A stretch of 63,587 nt of DNA, the filler included, from Sphacelaria rigidula (taxonomy: Eukaryota): NCBI GenBank assembly GCA_964200075.2. It is 6 parts of 6 records of this genome, joined end to end, with 100 filler letters (N's around TTAATTAATTAA, not from the genome) between each part and the next. Parts side by side here need not be neighbours in the genome. Positions count along the whole stretch, not along the records: positions 42,461 to 52,974 come from CAXNAA020006356.1; positions 53,075 to 63,587 come from CAXNAA020006357.1; 4 more parts are not named here. One strand, written 5' to 3'. Below, one piece after another: positions 50,820-63,587 of the stretch. Each line of letters starts with the position of its first letter. Position 1 is the stretch's first letter. The notes below the pieces were generated by a model. That model ran no database searches. It had not been told where the DNA came from and worked only from the letters and a program-made list of their open reading frames with translations. The position numbers and the translations under genes are program-made.

Positions 50820-52420
50820 CGAGTATCGACATTGCACGAGCAAGCTGGCAAGATGCAGACATCACGTCGTAGCGTGTGATCTGCGCTAGGTACATAACAA
50901 AACCTGCTATGGCCTGATACTTCTGAGTTTCTTCTTTGCTGAGAAGAGTCTCCTCCGCTTGTTCCGTAGACAACTCCGAACCGAATCCCGGGGTGTACAC
51001 AGGCTTGCGGTGTTCCATTCCATATCGTGCGAGAATTGATCTTGTATATTCCTCCTGAGTGATGGTGAGCGTACCTTCTTCACGATCGCGAGTGACTTGC
51101 ATCCCCAGTACAAGCGATACATTCCTCATGTCACTCATCTTGAATTTATCCATGAGCTTCCTTTTGATATCTTCGATCACGCTGAGGTTACTCCCAGCGA
51201 CAAGGAGGTCGTCGACGTAGAGGGTAATGATCACAATTGTCTTAATATGGCTGTATATGTAGACGCAGGGATATGATTTCAGAGACGTGAATCCAAGCTC
51301 TATCAGTTCCGGATCTATCGTTTTCCACCAGTTGCGTGGACTTTGGGCTAGTCCGTAGAGGCTCTTTTCCAGCTTCATGACAAGTTGGATTCCATCCTTA
51401 TTGGTGGTCTCGAAACCAGGCGCCATTTTTATGAACACGTCTTCCTCGATGTCCGCATAAAGAAAAGCAGTCTGCACGTCAAGCTGAATTACTTCCCAGT
51501 TTGACTCAGTAGCGATCGCGAGCACCATCCGAATGCTTTGTAGTCGGCAAACGGGAGCAAAGGTGCCGCCACAGGCTTCCCCGGGGACTTGATTCCAGCC
51601 CTGTGCGACCCGTCTGGCTTTATATGTCTTGTCCGGCTTGACTTTGAAGACCCACTTAGAGCCGATGATTTTCAATCCCAGAGGGACATCTGTCTTTGCG
51701 AAGAGAGTGTAAATTTTCAGCATGTTGTAATAGCCAGTGTGCAAGAGAGTCGAGAGAGGAAAGGGAGGCTCACCGCGAAGCAGCCTATCGCGGTCACTCT
51801 TGGGGATCTGGTCGTGGGTGAGCCGGGATTCGAGCAAAGGTGGCTGAGGGCCAGACGCGACACGGGTCGAGAGGGGTTGGAGGACGAGGTAGCCCCCGAT
51901 GATGACCATGATGACTGTGATACTGGAAGTGATGGCGATGGTGATGATGGTGGTGATGGCAATAGCAACTAGTGATGACGCTGGAGTCTCAAGTTGCAGT
52001 GGCGCAGTTGGAGAGTGAAAGCAATAGGTTCACATACAGGTCGGGATGCGGGCGCGAACGTACGGTTCAGGGCGGGGTCGAGATGCTGTCATGTAGCATG
52101 ATGCGGTGTTGCGATGGTGTGTATGGCGGGACCGTACGAAGCGATCTTGGGGGTGGATGCCAACGATTTCTCTTTCGACAGAGATATTGCCGCCTCATAT
52201 ATCCTCGGACCGGATTGGAAAGCTCGACGGGTATTTGCAGTACGGTTGAGTCGTGCAATAAACTATTCACGTTGTGCATCGGCCGTCGATTCTTCAGGAC
52301 AGTGGACGCCCAATCATCCGCTCGGCACATCACTGCGTTGGCAGTGATATCCCCCCACCACGTCACTGACAGCACCTTACTGACCTTACTGATAGCAACT
52401 TGACGCCCGAGATTTTTGTC
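50820..52420 (-). mobile_element. Ty1/Copia pol remnant: decayed integrase C-terminus plus reverse transcriptase (RVT_2), with RNase H missing
   Basis: ORF 50698-51909 contains IIGSKWVFKVK, YKARRVAQG, QLDVQTAFLY, KSLYGLAQSPRNWW, LYVDDLL and SLVLGMQV. The similarity stops at QLARAMS. Confidence 0.93.
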
Positions 52421-52590
52421 TGGACACGAGCCTCGAGATGAACAACAGTGAAAACATCTTCCGACAATCAAACAAACGTTGTTATGCTCCATCGCCCGCA
52501 GCTAACCAGGGATGGGCGGCATGTGAAACTACGGACGCACTTCCTACTCCTCCTAAAAATTGCGCATCAGCAGTGTCGTGCGGTACTCCT

Positions 52591-52848
52591 GAGGGCTTTT
52601 CGTCACTCAACGGCTAGGGTCTTCAAACCTCATTTCATTGATGAACCTCATTTTATAGAATCTCCTGTTCGTAAAAGATCCATCCCCACTTTGTAAGATC
52701 CCGTGTTCTAGGTAATGTACGTTCCGCCCTTGCCCGAGAGTTCTCGGTGTGCGTCGGGTTAGGGTTAGGGTTGAGGGTAAGGGTAGCGATACTCGTGAAA
52801 TTATGTCAAGCATTTTAAGACGTAGCCCAACGACGGTTAACAAGCCTC
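52591..52848 (-). mobile_element. TIR element with a (GGGTTA)n core
   Basis: Imperfect TIRs gagggctt...ggctagggtcttcaaa / ttttaagacgtagcc...aagcctc, with internal gttctcggtgtgcgtcgggttagggttagggttgagggtaaggg. Confidence 0.5.
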
Positions 52849-54917
52849 TGTCGATCGGCCGCCTCCTTGATAATCGGAAGTGGCGTCCCAGCCTATGTTC
52901 CCAATAAACAGTGTTTTCGTGAGATTGAGAGTAGATAATACGATTGAGAGTGAAAAGCGGTCAATCAGTGAATGNNNNNNNNNNNNNNNNNNNNNNNNNN
53001 NNNNNNNNNNNNNNNNNNTTAATTAATTAANNNNNNNNNNNNNNNNNNNNNNNNNNNNNNNNNNNNNNNNNNNNGTCGGAGCATCTGCGCTTTGGGGCGC
53101 GCGAGGACGTGATACACTTCATCTCCGCGCGGTACAGGAATTACTCGACATGACGTTTGATCAACGAGGAAAAACCAGTCCAAAATTTTGAGTAGATAGC
53201 CACATTTTTCTTGACTAGACGATCAATACGATATGCGGATCACGGGCTAAGTCGCGTGTGTCTATGAGATGTTGCTTGAGAGCTTGAATCCGTCTCTAGG
53301 CTGGACCGGCTCGTGAAGTGTAGGAAATCGCAAAGTACAGACACCATGCCTATTCCCCCGGCTCACCCACGTACCAACGGCGAATGTTTCGCTTGTCTTC
53401 TCTCATATGCTGCCAGTACACCAATCGGTAGACTATGCATCTGAAGATCCTGGCACACTCTAATCCCATGCAAGACACGAGGCATCGCGACCGTCACTAC
53501 TGTAGATATCTTCTGTTGGCAATAGGGTATGTTAACGTGCTGCAGTAGCAACGCCCTGATTCCACTATGATGTTTTGTATCTCTGTCTGTAGGCTCGACA
53601 CGAGACGTACACGTTTCTGCGCGTGCGCCATGTCCTAACAAGACCAAGAAGAGAAGTTCCACTTTTCTCCTCACATTCTGCACAACATACGACCGCTCAC
53701 CACTGACTTATAGCATGCAGATCCCTTCTCAGTCTCTCTTTAGCTGCTGTATCTCTCATGCATCGTCGTCGACTCCAACACTCGGGAACGTGAATCGGTG
53801 AAGCCTCAAATGGATGATGACAATAGAAGGCGGGATTAGAATACAGCAATAAAGACAGCAGCCAGCCCTGGGTCGTCAATCCTGGGTGCTACGAGGGAGC
53901 ATAGAAGGTGACGGCCTGGGTGTAGTAATACCGATACTGATGTAAGACCTAGAGGAGAATGTACACCTAAAGTATCCCCTTCTAACCAACGGGAGGTATC
54001 AATTGTCCAAGTCGAAAGTGTTCATGAAAAAAATAGATAACGAAGCTCCATTTTCGAGCGCAGGTGGTAAAATTTGCAGGAGCGCCGTGAGAGAGAATGC
54101 TATGGAGGACAACACCGACACGGACTGGGTACGGAATCCTTAGCTTGATGTTGATTTGTTATGGGAGTATTAAGTGATTTACTGCGTTTTGCTGCACACT
54201 CACTGTGCTGTACTGTAACTGTTCTACTGTCCCAGTATAGTACCAAACTTTGCTCCCGTATACATCGCATTCCAGAACTACAATACAATGCCGTAGAGCA
54301 CAGCCTTGACGGCCTGTGCACACAATGCTGGACTGTGCTTTTGCTTGCACTGCACTGCACTGTTGCCGTAACCGAGTTGCCAGCCTGCTCTGCGTTCCTT
54401 TTTTCGCCCAGCTCCATCACCATATCATATTATCCATTGGGCTGCCGGTGACTGGAACCTGGTGTGCTGCCATTATCATAACCTCCGCGGTTGGGGAGAA
54501 TTGCATGCAGCACCATGATGTTGAACCAAGCGTTCAACACGCATCGCGAAGAATCGTTAACTTTGAATAGCTCGGACTCCTGTATACAAGACAAAAGGCA
54601 ACGTCAACTGTCTCTATAGTAGTACACTACGGTGCAAGTACTAGTAGCGGTGGTCCCGCTTGATACCTTAGTTACGAAGCCGCCTTCCGCAACAACACCG
54701 TGTACTAATCTTCAACTCCAGTACAGTACCCCCAATTAATTAACCCGTTAGACAGCGAACGTCGCCTCGGAATAGTTTCACAGGCTGACAGTCCAGGTAC
54801 ATCCAGAGGACTCCAGGGAGCGGGGGTGGATGGTTTTTTACAGGGGGGTAGGGGCCTGATCGCAGAACAGCCGAAAAGCTCACCAAGTCAACCATGTGTG
54901 GTTGAATGTTCCCAACG

Positions 54918-55360
54918 GCAGGTCGGGTAGGGTATGTACTCTTGAGAACCCGGGTAGAATACCTGGGTATTTACTTACCCAAGGTGTGGGTAGCTTTGGG
55001 TACGACCTCAACTACTCCACCCGAATTTGGGATAGATTGGGTACGATCTCAAAAACTCTACCCAAATCTGGGGTAAGTACTCTTAGCAGTACCCTGGTGA
55101 AGAGTATGACTGGAGTACGATCTCCGGACTCTACCCAGTTTTTGGGCAGATTAAATACGATCTCTGGACTCTACCCAGTTTTGGGGTAGATTAAACACGG
55201 CCTCAAATACTCTACCCAAACAAATTATGGGTAAGTACTGTCAGCAATAGATGTAGAGTAGCACTTGGGTATGACCTCAGTACTCTACCCAAAGTATGGG
55301 TAGATTGGGTGCGGCCTCAAATACTCTCCCAAATTTTGAATGGCTTGGGTACGACCTCAA
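54918..55360. repeat. MITE-like repeat with tandem tactctacccaaa/gggtagatt subrepeats
   Basis: Repeated actctaccca...tgggtagatt..gtacga.ctc units. Confidence 0.65.
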
Positions 55361-55477
55361 AATGTGGTTTTGAATGTATTTCATTGGCCACGGTGGGGAG
55401 GGCCAGGAGATGAAGCATCGGTACATCAACCGCACCCGCTGGTCCTTTCTGTCATCGTTGACAAAAACGCGAAACAG

Positions 55478-58400
55478 ATGAGCGGACTTGGAGCAAGCAA
55501 CACCACGGGCGACAGCATCCGCCAGCAGGCCGACCCATTTGCTCCGCAGGCGGTGGATCCATTCGCCCGACATACCCCGCCACCGTCTATCTCTGCCCCA
55601 GCGGGTCAAGCAGTGGACCCCTTCGCAGACCTGCTTCAGCTATCAGTCTCTCGTGAGCCGCCACGTGCAGCAGGATCAGCGACAGCGATAACGACGACAA
55701 GCGCGGCTGGGGCTAGGTGCGTTTTGGCGGTGTGCAGAGAGAGAGTTGAGACTTGTGCACAGGATGTATGCGTCGGTGAACATGCAAGCTGGTACATGAG
55801 CAAAGCGGTCTGAATAGTATGAGAAGGCGGTTCGTACGGCATAGCAGACGGTACAGTCCCACGTTACTTTTGGTATAGGACTCCAGCGCTGTGGTGCTAG
55901 CTATGTAACGTAAGAGCGGGACAGCTATACAAGTGACACAAAATATCCTACTTTGCCCATTGGCGTCTTTCCACGCAGGACATGCAGTGTTTGTCGACGG
56001 GTATTCCACTTGTCCATTGCTCCATTGCACCGCGTTGACCAATATTGCAAAGAGGGTGGCTATCCCGCCGGAGTTGCAGGTCACATTTTGAAGCACTTGA
56101 ATGGGACATTCGTACTTATATTTATCGCGTTTTTGCAAGCAAATTACTTCTGTAACCATGTCAACCACGCAAGGGGTCCCTTGAGGAGCGTGCCACAAAC
56201 ATGAGTCTCGTATGTTGGAGTCTCGTGGAAAATCTTATATGGTGGAAGTGATGCCAGCTTCAGTCAATACACTTCACACAGCGCTCCTCGTTCGAATGTT
56301 GACCTCCTTCCGCCTCAACACCTACACCATTGACGAAATAAAACAGTGCTAGTCAACCAACGGTGTCGTCAGTGCCCATGGGGTCGGTGACGACTGATGC
56401 GAGGGTGGACTTGGGAGCTATGGATCCACTAGCGGCTCCACACGAAGGTTCTCTTGCTGCCAGGAGACGAAAGTCGGAGGTGAACACGAGTGCATTTGCA
56501 GGAGGTTGTGCGACCATACCTTGTCTTGATACGGAAGCAACAAAGTGCTGAGTTGGTGATGTTGTGCATGATGGCTGATACCGCGTCTCGCAGTGCATGG
56601 ATGATGTACGATGCTTGTTCCCCAGCTGACGATAACGTATCATCCATCGGGCGGCTAACTCGAGTGTACATTGCGCAATATTTTCAGAAATATACGCCGT
56701 GCCCTCACGTGTACAACTGAAATATTTTAGAGTGGAACATCGAGGGGTCGGACTCCCTGCAGATAGAGGCATTCGGATTTTTTCTTAGAAGTACAAGTAT
56801 CTGATTTGCATCGTTGAGAAACGTGAGGAGGTGATTAGCCAAAAAATTGAGCGTAGTAAACGCGGCACGAAAGTGCTGATTTCATCTGCGATACCAACAT
56901 GTAGGCCGTTGTGTACCGAGCGAGGGAGGGTTGATTCCTTGAGGCCACGGGCTCGTCCCGACGAATGGGAGGGCTCGAAAGTGGGACGAAGAGGGAGGAC
57001 AATCGAGGCAGCCCATGTAACACGCCCGCCCACCAACGTGAGGTATGCATCTGCATGATTCATGGTCAAAGATCAAAGAGGTTGTTCGCTCAACCATGGT
57101 CTGAGTTGCTGCTGTCTGATCACATTACGACCTACTCAATGATCACATTCCCTCTTTCAGGAGAGTCGTCAAAAGCGAGACGAATTCTTGAATCAGATGA
57201 GCTCGTTTCTGCAAGGGATCGAGACCAACGCCGACGTGGTACCGCCTGAGCCGCCAAGTTCCCTGGTAAGCATGGGCATGGGGGTGGGGAGTAACTCCAC
57301 CGGCGTGGCGGCTTCATCTTCTCTTGCACCTGCTGCCCCTGAAACTGACTTGTTGTCGGGAAGTGGTGGTGGGGAGGACCTTGTGGGCGGTCTGCCGCTG
57401 TGGCCCACTGTGAGAAGGGCCGGAAGAAAAGGTGCTTCATCGTCGCTCATGATGGAAAGCGCCTCTGGTGAGTAGATCACGGTCGTGTGTATTGTTGTAA
57501 GTCATCGCTGATTTTTTTCCCCCCTTTCATCGTGGCGATGCTAGAGTAGTAAACGGCCGTACGGTCGCATTGTAAGCGGAGCGGTCGATCCATCGTGTTT
57601 GGGGGTCACGGTGCACATGGTTTGGCCAAGTGCGAGGCGATGATATTGAAACTGAACCAACTACAATAGCTGAGTGGTGTTCCTCTCGTCTGGCCGTCAA
57701 CGATGAATAGTTGAGTTGTGGTAGTTGTGGGCCTTAGGGGACACCGTGTTCGCATTCCAAGACTCTTGTTTCCCCTCGGCCCAACGTAAATCCAGTGTAT
57801 GATACAAGGCGTCAGATACTGTCAACAATGGGGTATGGTACAGCAGCAGCGTGTTGCTACGCGTAGAGGGTACACAGGTCGAAGCCTCGAAGCGCACCTT
57901 GTCGCGCATCCAACACGCCCGTTGTTTACTCCTCCTGCAAAGACGATATTTTCGGTGTTAATGGAGGCGGCGCTGCTCCCGCGGAGTCGGTCAAACGAGG
58001 AACGGGGGACCTGAAGAAAATACTTGGCGGGAACAGCGACCCACATCCGCGAGGTAGCTTATTCGACGACATCGATGATGCTCCGGATGAGATAGTAGCG
58101 CCAGCTCCCTCCCCGAAGATGCCGCTGACCAGCAGGACTTTGATTGACGCCCACTACCTTGAGCCGACACCCGAGCGAGTGGTGAGTACCAGTCCACAGT
58201 AAGTGCTGATAAGTGACTTATGCAACGGGAGCGCTGTCTACTTGCGCTATCGACTGTGCTGACACAAAAGGAACTCGGAATACAATGCTGGCACGCTGCA
58301 AGCTGTGCGTCCGAGGTTGAAAATGCTGCCCCCGCTCGCTGTTGCTGCTGTTGCTTCCTTTGTATGTTTCTGCTGCTCTTGTTTACGTTATCGCGCCAGG

Positions 58401-61400
58401 CACCAAGCCCTGTCCATTCTTCTTCGCGATTTCACGATGCAAGATCTGCACCATCGAAGCAGGTGCGTCCTGTTGACTCAGCAGCGAAAAATTGAGCAAC
58501 CACCCACGTGCCTCGCAATATTCCTCTCTCGCCATTCTACGTCGACAAAACGGCATACCAGCACTTCACAACTGTGTAGTCACGATACAACGACGATCGT
58601 TCCACAGGGTTGTCTTCTCCCCTCCAATACCCCCCCCCTCGTTCAGGCCCAAAGCAAAGCTAAGCCTAAAAGTAGCCGTGGCTTAGACTTGGAAGAAGTC
58701 CGGCGGAGAACATCCCTCCTCTCGGGCGGGGGACGCACATCCTCCCCCGCAGGCTCCGGCGCCGGCGGGCTTGCGGCTACCGAGCGCCGTTCCGCCGCGC
58801 ATCGCTCCTCAGAGACATCGTCGCACGTATCAGATATGAGATGGTCCCGGCAACACGAGTCCCAGCGCTCGTCATTTTCCAGTGGCGTTGGTGTTGGCCA
58901 TCACCTTGCCGCGCAGCACCCGTTGCATTCCGAACCACCACCCGATCCTCTGTTTGCGGGTGTCGTCGACGGAAGTGGAAGAGGCGGCGATGTCTTCGGC
59001 AGCACTGGCAGCTACGACAGGCGTGGCAACTATTTTAATGAGGACTTGCTGTTGGCGAGGGCAAAAGGAAACAGAAGTGCGAGCGGCGGCGAGGGTGGCA
59101 GCATTGGATTTGATCCACTCCAGGCCGCAGGAGAAAGAAGGGGGGGTCAAGAGGGAGGGCAGAATGCTTGGGGTGGCGATGCGCTGAGGGATACAGCAGG
59201 GACGTTCCTCACTTCTGCCAGGTCGGGCTCGGTAATACGCTTGTTAAGTTGGGTGGAGTTGAGGATGAATTGGCGTTTTGAGGGTATCGTATCAGTGCCA
59301 GTGTGAGCCATTCTCCATGTTATTTGCCGCCTCCAGAAAAAAGTTTGTCACAGGTGGTTGCGGTGCAAACGTGGCTGCAGTAGGTTTATAGCCCTTTACG
59401 GTGCTGCGTGTGTGCGTCCTGCACTTCACGGTTGCGAGGAACGTGCGGTTTGCATCTCGACACACCACCCGTAGCTTCGCATGGGTCAAGTGTGGGTGCA
59501 CATTGATGATACGGGAGTTCACGCGAGGGTCGCTCCTCCCGGGAGGTGATGTTCCCCCCGAGCCAGGATCGCTCCGACGCACGTTTGTTATGTCCGCGCA
59601 GATCGTAGCTCAACCGTACAACTATGCGTGCATAATATGTTCCAGGGATGGGGCAAAGACATTTTTCCAAGACGCAAAGACCGGGGTTGGTGCCATGGGT
59701 GCCAGTATAGGCGGCTGGCAGAAGCAACAACAAGATGGTCGGGATGCTACCTTCAGTCGATACGCTGCTTCGACGCCTACCAAAGAGCGCGAGCCGCGAC
59801 GGGAACAGTCCGACCGAACTGAGGAGTACGAGGTGAGCACACGCGTGTCTTGCTGTCAACGTATCGCGAAGTACGACTAGTTTCTGGCGTTCGACAATTT
59901 AGTTATGTACCAATGGCCTACGTAACAGCCCGAGCAATGCTGTGCGAGGTGGAGAGATGGGGAACATCGCTTGATTGGGATGCTTCGGTCCCACTTTCAC
60001 GGTACCGAATCGCACACGTCATGTCGAGAGTGGAGAATTCTGGCACGTCACTGTGAGGTCGGTTTTGTCCTGTCGGCCAACCATGCAGTCGTTTGCGGGC
60101 GACCATGATGTTTGGAAGTCTTTGTCACAGCTGTTTCTGACCCCGTGCGTTGTGGGGGGATGTATGTCTTGATGCAGGTAACCTTTGGTGATGGCCGTTT
60201 CGGGTTTACGTTGGCGCGAGAGGAAAGTGGAGCGAACAAAGGCAAGGGCGTTGTGTCCAAGGTGCACTCGCATACTACAGCTCAAACTCTCGGCGTAAAA
60301 GTTGGCGATATTGTGACCGGCGTGAACAAAAGACGGTGAGGCGAGACCATGTCGTGTTGAGGAGTGCTAACGGCGGCAGAATTGTGATTTATGTTGCGCA
60401 ATTTTGTCGCTCGTGAAATGGTAGCGTTTGAGTTGCGAAGTACAAGATAGTATCTCATGCCCTACTCTACCTTTTATGGAGGAGTACTGGGTAGAGGTGA
60501 ACGGACATATCGTTTATCAATGACAAATGTCACTCGTTTTTCACGGGCGGAGGGCCGCCTGTTTTTTTGTCGATGTCCTTTCGCTTGCGTCCAGGTATGA
60601 TACTTACGACGGCGTAATGGACGTACTGCCCAAGTTGCCACGACCGGTACTCGTCAGTTTTAAACGCGGGGAACCCTCATGGGGTACTGCAGGCGGCGAA
60701 CGCTTGACGTCCACCTCGAGGGGGGCGTCAACAACGCCATCTCAACAGGCAGATCCATCTGGCCAGGTGAAACGTGGAACAAGGCCCGCATGGGTAGCAT
60801 TATACATGTTGACCAACATATTCGGGAAACGTTGAGTCCGAGTGTGCGCAGCGGGTTGGTCGCCGGCTCCGCCGATGTTCTTCGTACTTTTAACGTGTAC
60901 CTGCACCTGTATCCTTCGATCCTCGCAGTTCTACTCAAAACAGAGCCTTGTATGCGATTACCAACACAACTCATCATAGCCTACGCCAGATACGTGGAGC
61001 ATTGTGTTTGTTTCTCATCTCGGGTTTGTTCATCTTTTGTCCCTGGTGGTTTCTTTTTTTTCTTGTCTGTTTTTGTTTCGTCTGTGCTTCCCCCCCCCCC
61101 CGCCGCTGGAAACGAGCCTGGCTCTGTCTTCTTGTCTATTGTACTCCTTTCTTTACGTTCTCTCTTCTTCTTTTTTTCTGATAACAAGCTAGAGTGTTGC
61201 AATCAGCTACGGAATGCGATATCACGATCTTTTTGTGTTTTTCGTGTTTGTGTATGTGTTCGTTTGTCGTTATTTTGTTGTTCTTTCTGTTGTTGTTCTT
61301 TCTGTTGTTGGTAGTGGTAGTGGTGGTGGTGGTGGTGTTGTTTTTGTTGTTATCGCTGCTCCCTTCCATCTTCCATTTCTGAGGCCGTTGCTTATGTCTT

Positions 61401-61850
61401 TTTCCATGTCTTTTTTTTTTCTTCATTATTATGTTCTCTTCTTGCTGCTCCTGACCACGGGCTGGATTGTTGCAATCAGCTAATGTGAGATAACCGATCA
61501 ATCAATCAATGCTATTTATATTTTGTGCCCTTGAAGGTTCACCGGTCACCGCCTCGCTATATGTTTGCGACGACAATGTTTTGGCGCAACATGTCGCTAC
61601 TTGCTTCACCTGTGCGCCGTTGGAAAGAAGGAAGACGGAAATTTTGCGTTCATTCTACTATGCGCTTGAGTTTGCCACGCGCGTCTGGTGCTGAAAATCA
61701 TGTACGTGTTTCCTGAAGTCATGATGATGGCATCGTCTCCTGGTTTGTCTATTTCGGGTGCTTCTCAGCAGGGAGGGAATCCATTGGAGTGGTTCGCTAA
61801 GCTCAATCCCTTCGATCGCAGCCGACGAGAAGAGGGGGAGGCGGCGCGAA
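55478..61850 (+). CDS. Spliced gene for a largely disordered protein with DPF/NPF motifs and a PDZ domain. Exons: 55478-55716, 56353-56479, 57161-57467, 57943-58181, 58400-58462, 58647-59221, 59646-59832, 60178-60335, 60595-60766, 61769-61850. Ends undetermined.
   Basis: Ten GT-AG exons join with matching phases and no stop. PDZ pattern EYEVTFGDGRFGFTL...GVVSKV...AQTLGVKVGDIVTGVN...YDGVMDVLPKLPRPVLVSFKR. DPF x3 and NPF x1. Confidence 0.85.
56694..57010 (+). mobile_element. Diverged SINE family B relative
   Basis: ttagagtgga..gagg..tcgga.tccc, tatctgattt, gggttgattccttgaggccacgggctcgtcccga match the family B body. Confidence 0.55.
60178..60335 (+). CDS. PDZ-domain core exon
   Basis: VTFGDGRFGFTL...GVKVGDIVTGVN, with gatgcag| and |GTGAGG. 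Confidence 0.85.
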
Positions 61851-62595
61851 GTGAGTAAATATTGCAACGTTAATATTTGAGAGTCAATTTTGATATCCAT
61901 ATTGATCTGAAGACATATTCTGTGGTGTCTCCCAACGGGTGTTTCAACGGCTGAGCGGATACCTTCAGCTTGAAGCCAGTGATGTGATGCACGAAAAAAA
62001 TACTTCCCGAACACACAAAGCAATAATTTGCATCGGAATTCGTCAAGGGTCCGTTCCCAAATGCCTTTTCTGTTTTTCAGTCGTCTTCCAATCCCTCTCG
62101 GGCGTCCAACATAGTGTGTTGGTCTGATTGTTGCTACCGACCCGTCTGCTGCTCCGCGCTGGCTGCGACGTTGTGCAGGGAAACATCTCGCGGGCGCAGG
62201 CGGTAATGATTCGTCTCCCAAGGTCAGTGCCTCCGAAAAGACACTACACCTCAGCGCGCCGAAACTGCACAGTGGTGTCCCTACCGTTGTACCATTTCAA
62301 TTCAAGCTGCACAGAGCTCATGCCCGTCCGTGGGGGGGTGGTCGATGCGGCACAACGCTTGCCCTTAGCCGCTGAGTATGAGAATATTAGCGTGTGTGGC
62401 GCGCCGAACGCGAACTTTGTGGGCTTTACTGCACATGTCATGTGTAGCGTTGCCTGGTCATTCCTCAAGAGCTCTTCACCTATCCATGTTGGGTATATAC
62501 TTGTTTTGCAGTAAGCCACCGCGTTGTTCTCTGTTGAACTTCGAGTTGGTGTTGTATAGGGGCCAGTGACTGAGATTTCGTTTTCGCTATAGGTG

Positions 62596-63542
62596 CGAGT
62601 TGGGCCAGCTGACAGGGATTTTTTTATGTTTCGCGGCCCGGCTGAAATTCGAGGAGTTGGGCGCTGACATTTTGATACGACATTTTTATTATCAACACGC
62701 GCAACATTTCTAGAGATACCAAGAAAAAACAAACAAACAAACAGAAAGTTACAGCGATTTATAATTTCAGCAAAAACCGGAAAAGTGCCATAATATGACT
62801 TCGTGAAAAAAAAAAAAACAGCGGCATCCCCAGAAATGTTGTGCGTACTTGCGTGCAGGAGGACATTCTGGTGAAATTTCGCCGAAAAAATCCTAAACTT
62901 GGGCGCAGCCGGGCACGTTTCGTGTGACACAGCTGCGCCGCGGTGGTCAAACTGATACAACAGTATCTAATTACGCAGATGACGAGTTCGAATCCTGATA
63001 CGACCATTTTTTTTGTGCATAAACTAAATTCTGCATAATCTCTGTTTTCTCCCGAGTTACAAAGGGTCTCGATATTTTGGTGACGGTCTTGCATTTGGGG
63101 GGGGGGGGGGGGGGGTAGCGCCGTTTCACGTAGTAATTCTCCCTCTTACGGCGATATATGACAGTCGGCTCGGAGGTCCTCTCCCATGATGGAGCTGTTG
63201 ACGAGCTTGATGCCATCTTGCAGCACCACCAGTATGTTTTTTTCCTGCATATATCGGGTGTTCTTGTGCCTGTGCCTCGCAACTGTCTATCGTAATTCCA
63301 CCGCATTTTGTGAAACGCAACGTTTCCAGACACGCTATCACGCAACGATATGAGACGCACCCGGTACTCAATGCAGTACGAGAACATTATCGCCAAAACT
63401 GCGCCAATCGACCAGCGGCGGAACCGTGCGTTACCAGGTTGGTCCACGGTTCACAGCGATATCCTTAAGTCGGGCTGATTTGAGAAGCTTGAGAAGTTGT
63501 GGTGTGAACTGCGAATGCGGGATTTACTGCTGGCCCAGCTCG
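62596..63542 (-). mobile_element. Tc1/mariner-type MITE, a longer inverted copy of 690-1297
   Basis: CGAGTTGGGCCA ... TGGCCCAGCTCG|TA. 63460-63542 is the reverse complement of 690-770, and 62660-62950 matches 945-1232. Confidence 0.75.
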
Positions 63543-63587
63543 TATAGGTATAGCCCCCGGCCCCCCCGCCCCCCCCCCCCCCCCCCC

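Noticed and set aside
52757..52785. True telomere or chromosome fusion site
   Set aside because: Only a few degenerate repeats, embedded in a dispersed TIR element.
53075..54850. Further upstream exons of the PDZ gene (about 53075-53131, 54080-54128, 54784-54847)
   Set aside because: Plausible splice signals, but the phases do not join unambiguously to the exon at 55478.

Overview
Eukaryotic, intron-rich, repeat-rich genomic DNA of roughly balanced GC. It is most likely from a brown alga or other photosynthetic stramenopile; this is an inference from gene structure, TTAGGG-type motifs and the Copia/MITE/SINE repertoire. The window is six contigs joined by artificial N-TTAATTAATTAA-N linkers, so adjacency across the linkers is not biological evidence. 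Spliced genes reconstructed from GT-AG signals and phase continuity: (1) the 5' half of a formylglycine-dependent arylsulfatase B-like sulfatase (minus, six exons, 21940-30487); (2) part of an AIF-like FAD/NAD oxidoreductase (minus, 32529-39366, possibly to 41303); (3) a PDZ-domain protein with DPF/NPF motifs (plus, at least ten exons, 55478-61850); (4) a GT32-like glycosyltransferase exon with decayed neighbours (11768-12006); and (5) an unidentified exon at 90-450. The rest is mostly transposon-derived. It includes a Copia RT remnant, a gag-protease-only Copia derivative carrying a 158-bp tandem array, two tRNA-derived SINE families, and hAT-, Tc1/mariner- and piggyBac-type MITEs. It also includes Helitron-like elements ending in CTTG, TIR elements with a shared telomere-repeat core, and an abundant family with poly-G/poly-C termini. 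No prokaryotic system, CRISPR array or intact RNA gene was seen.
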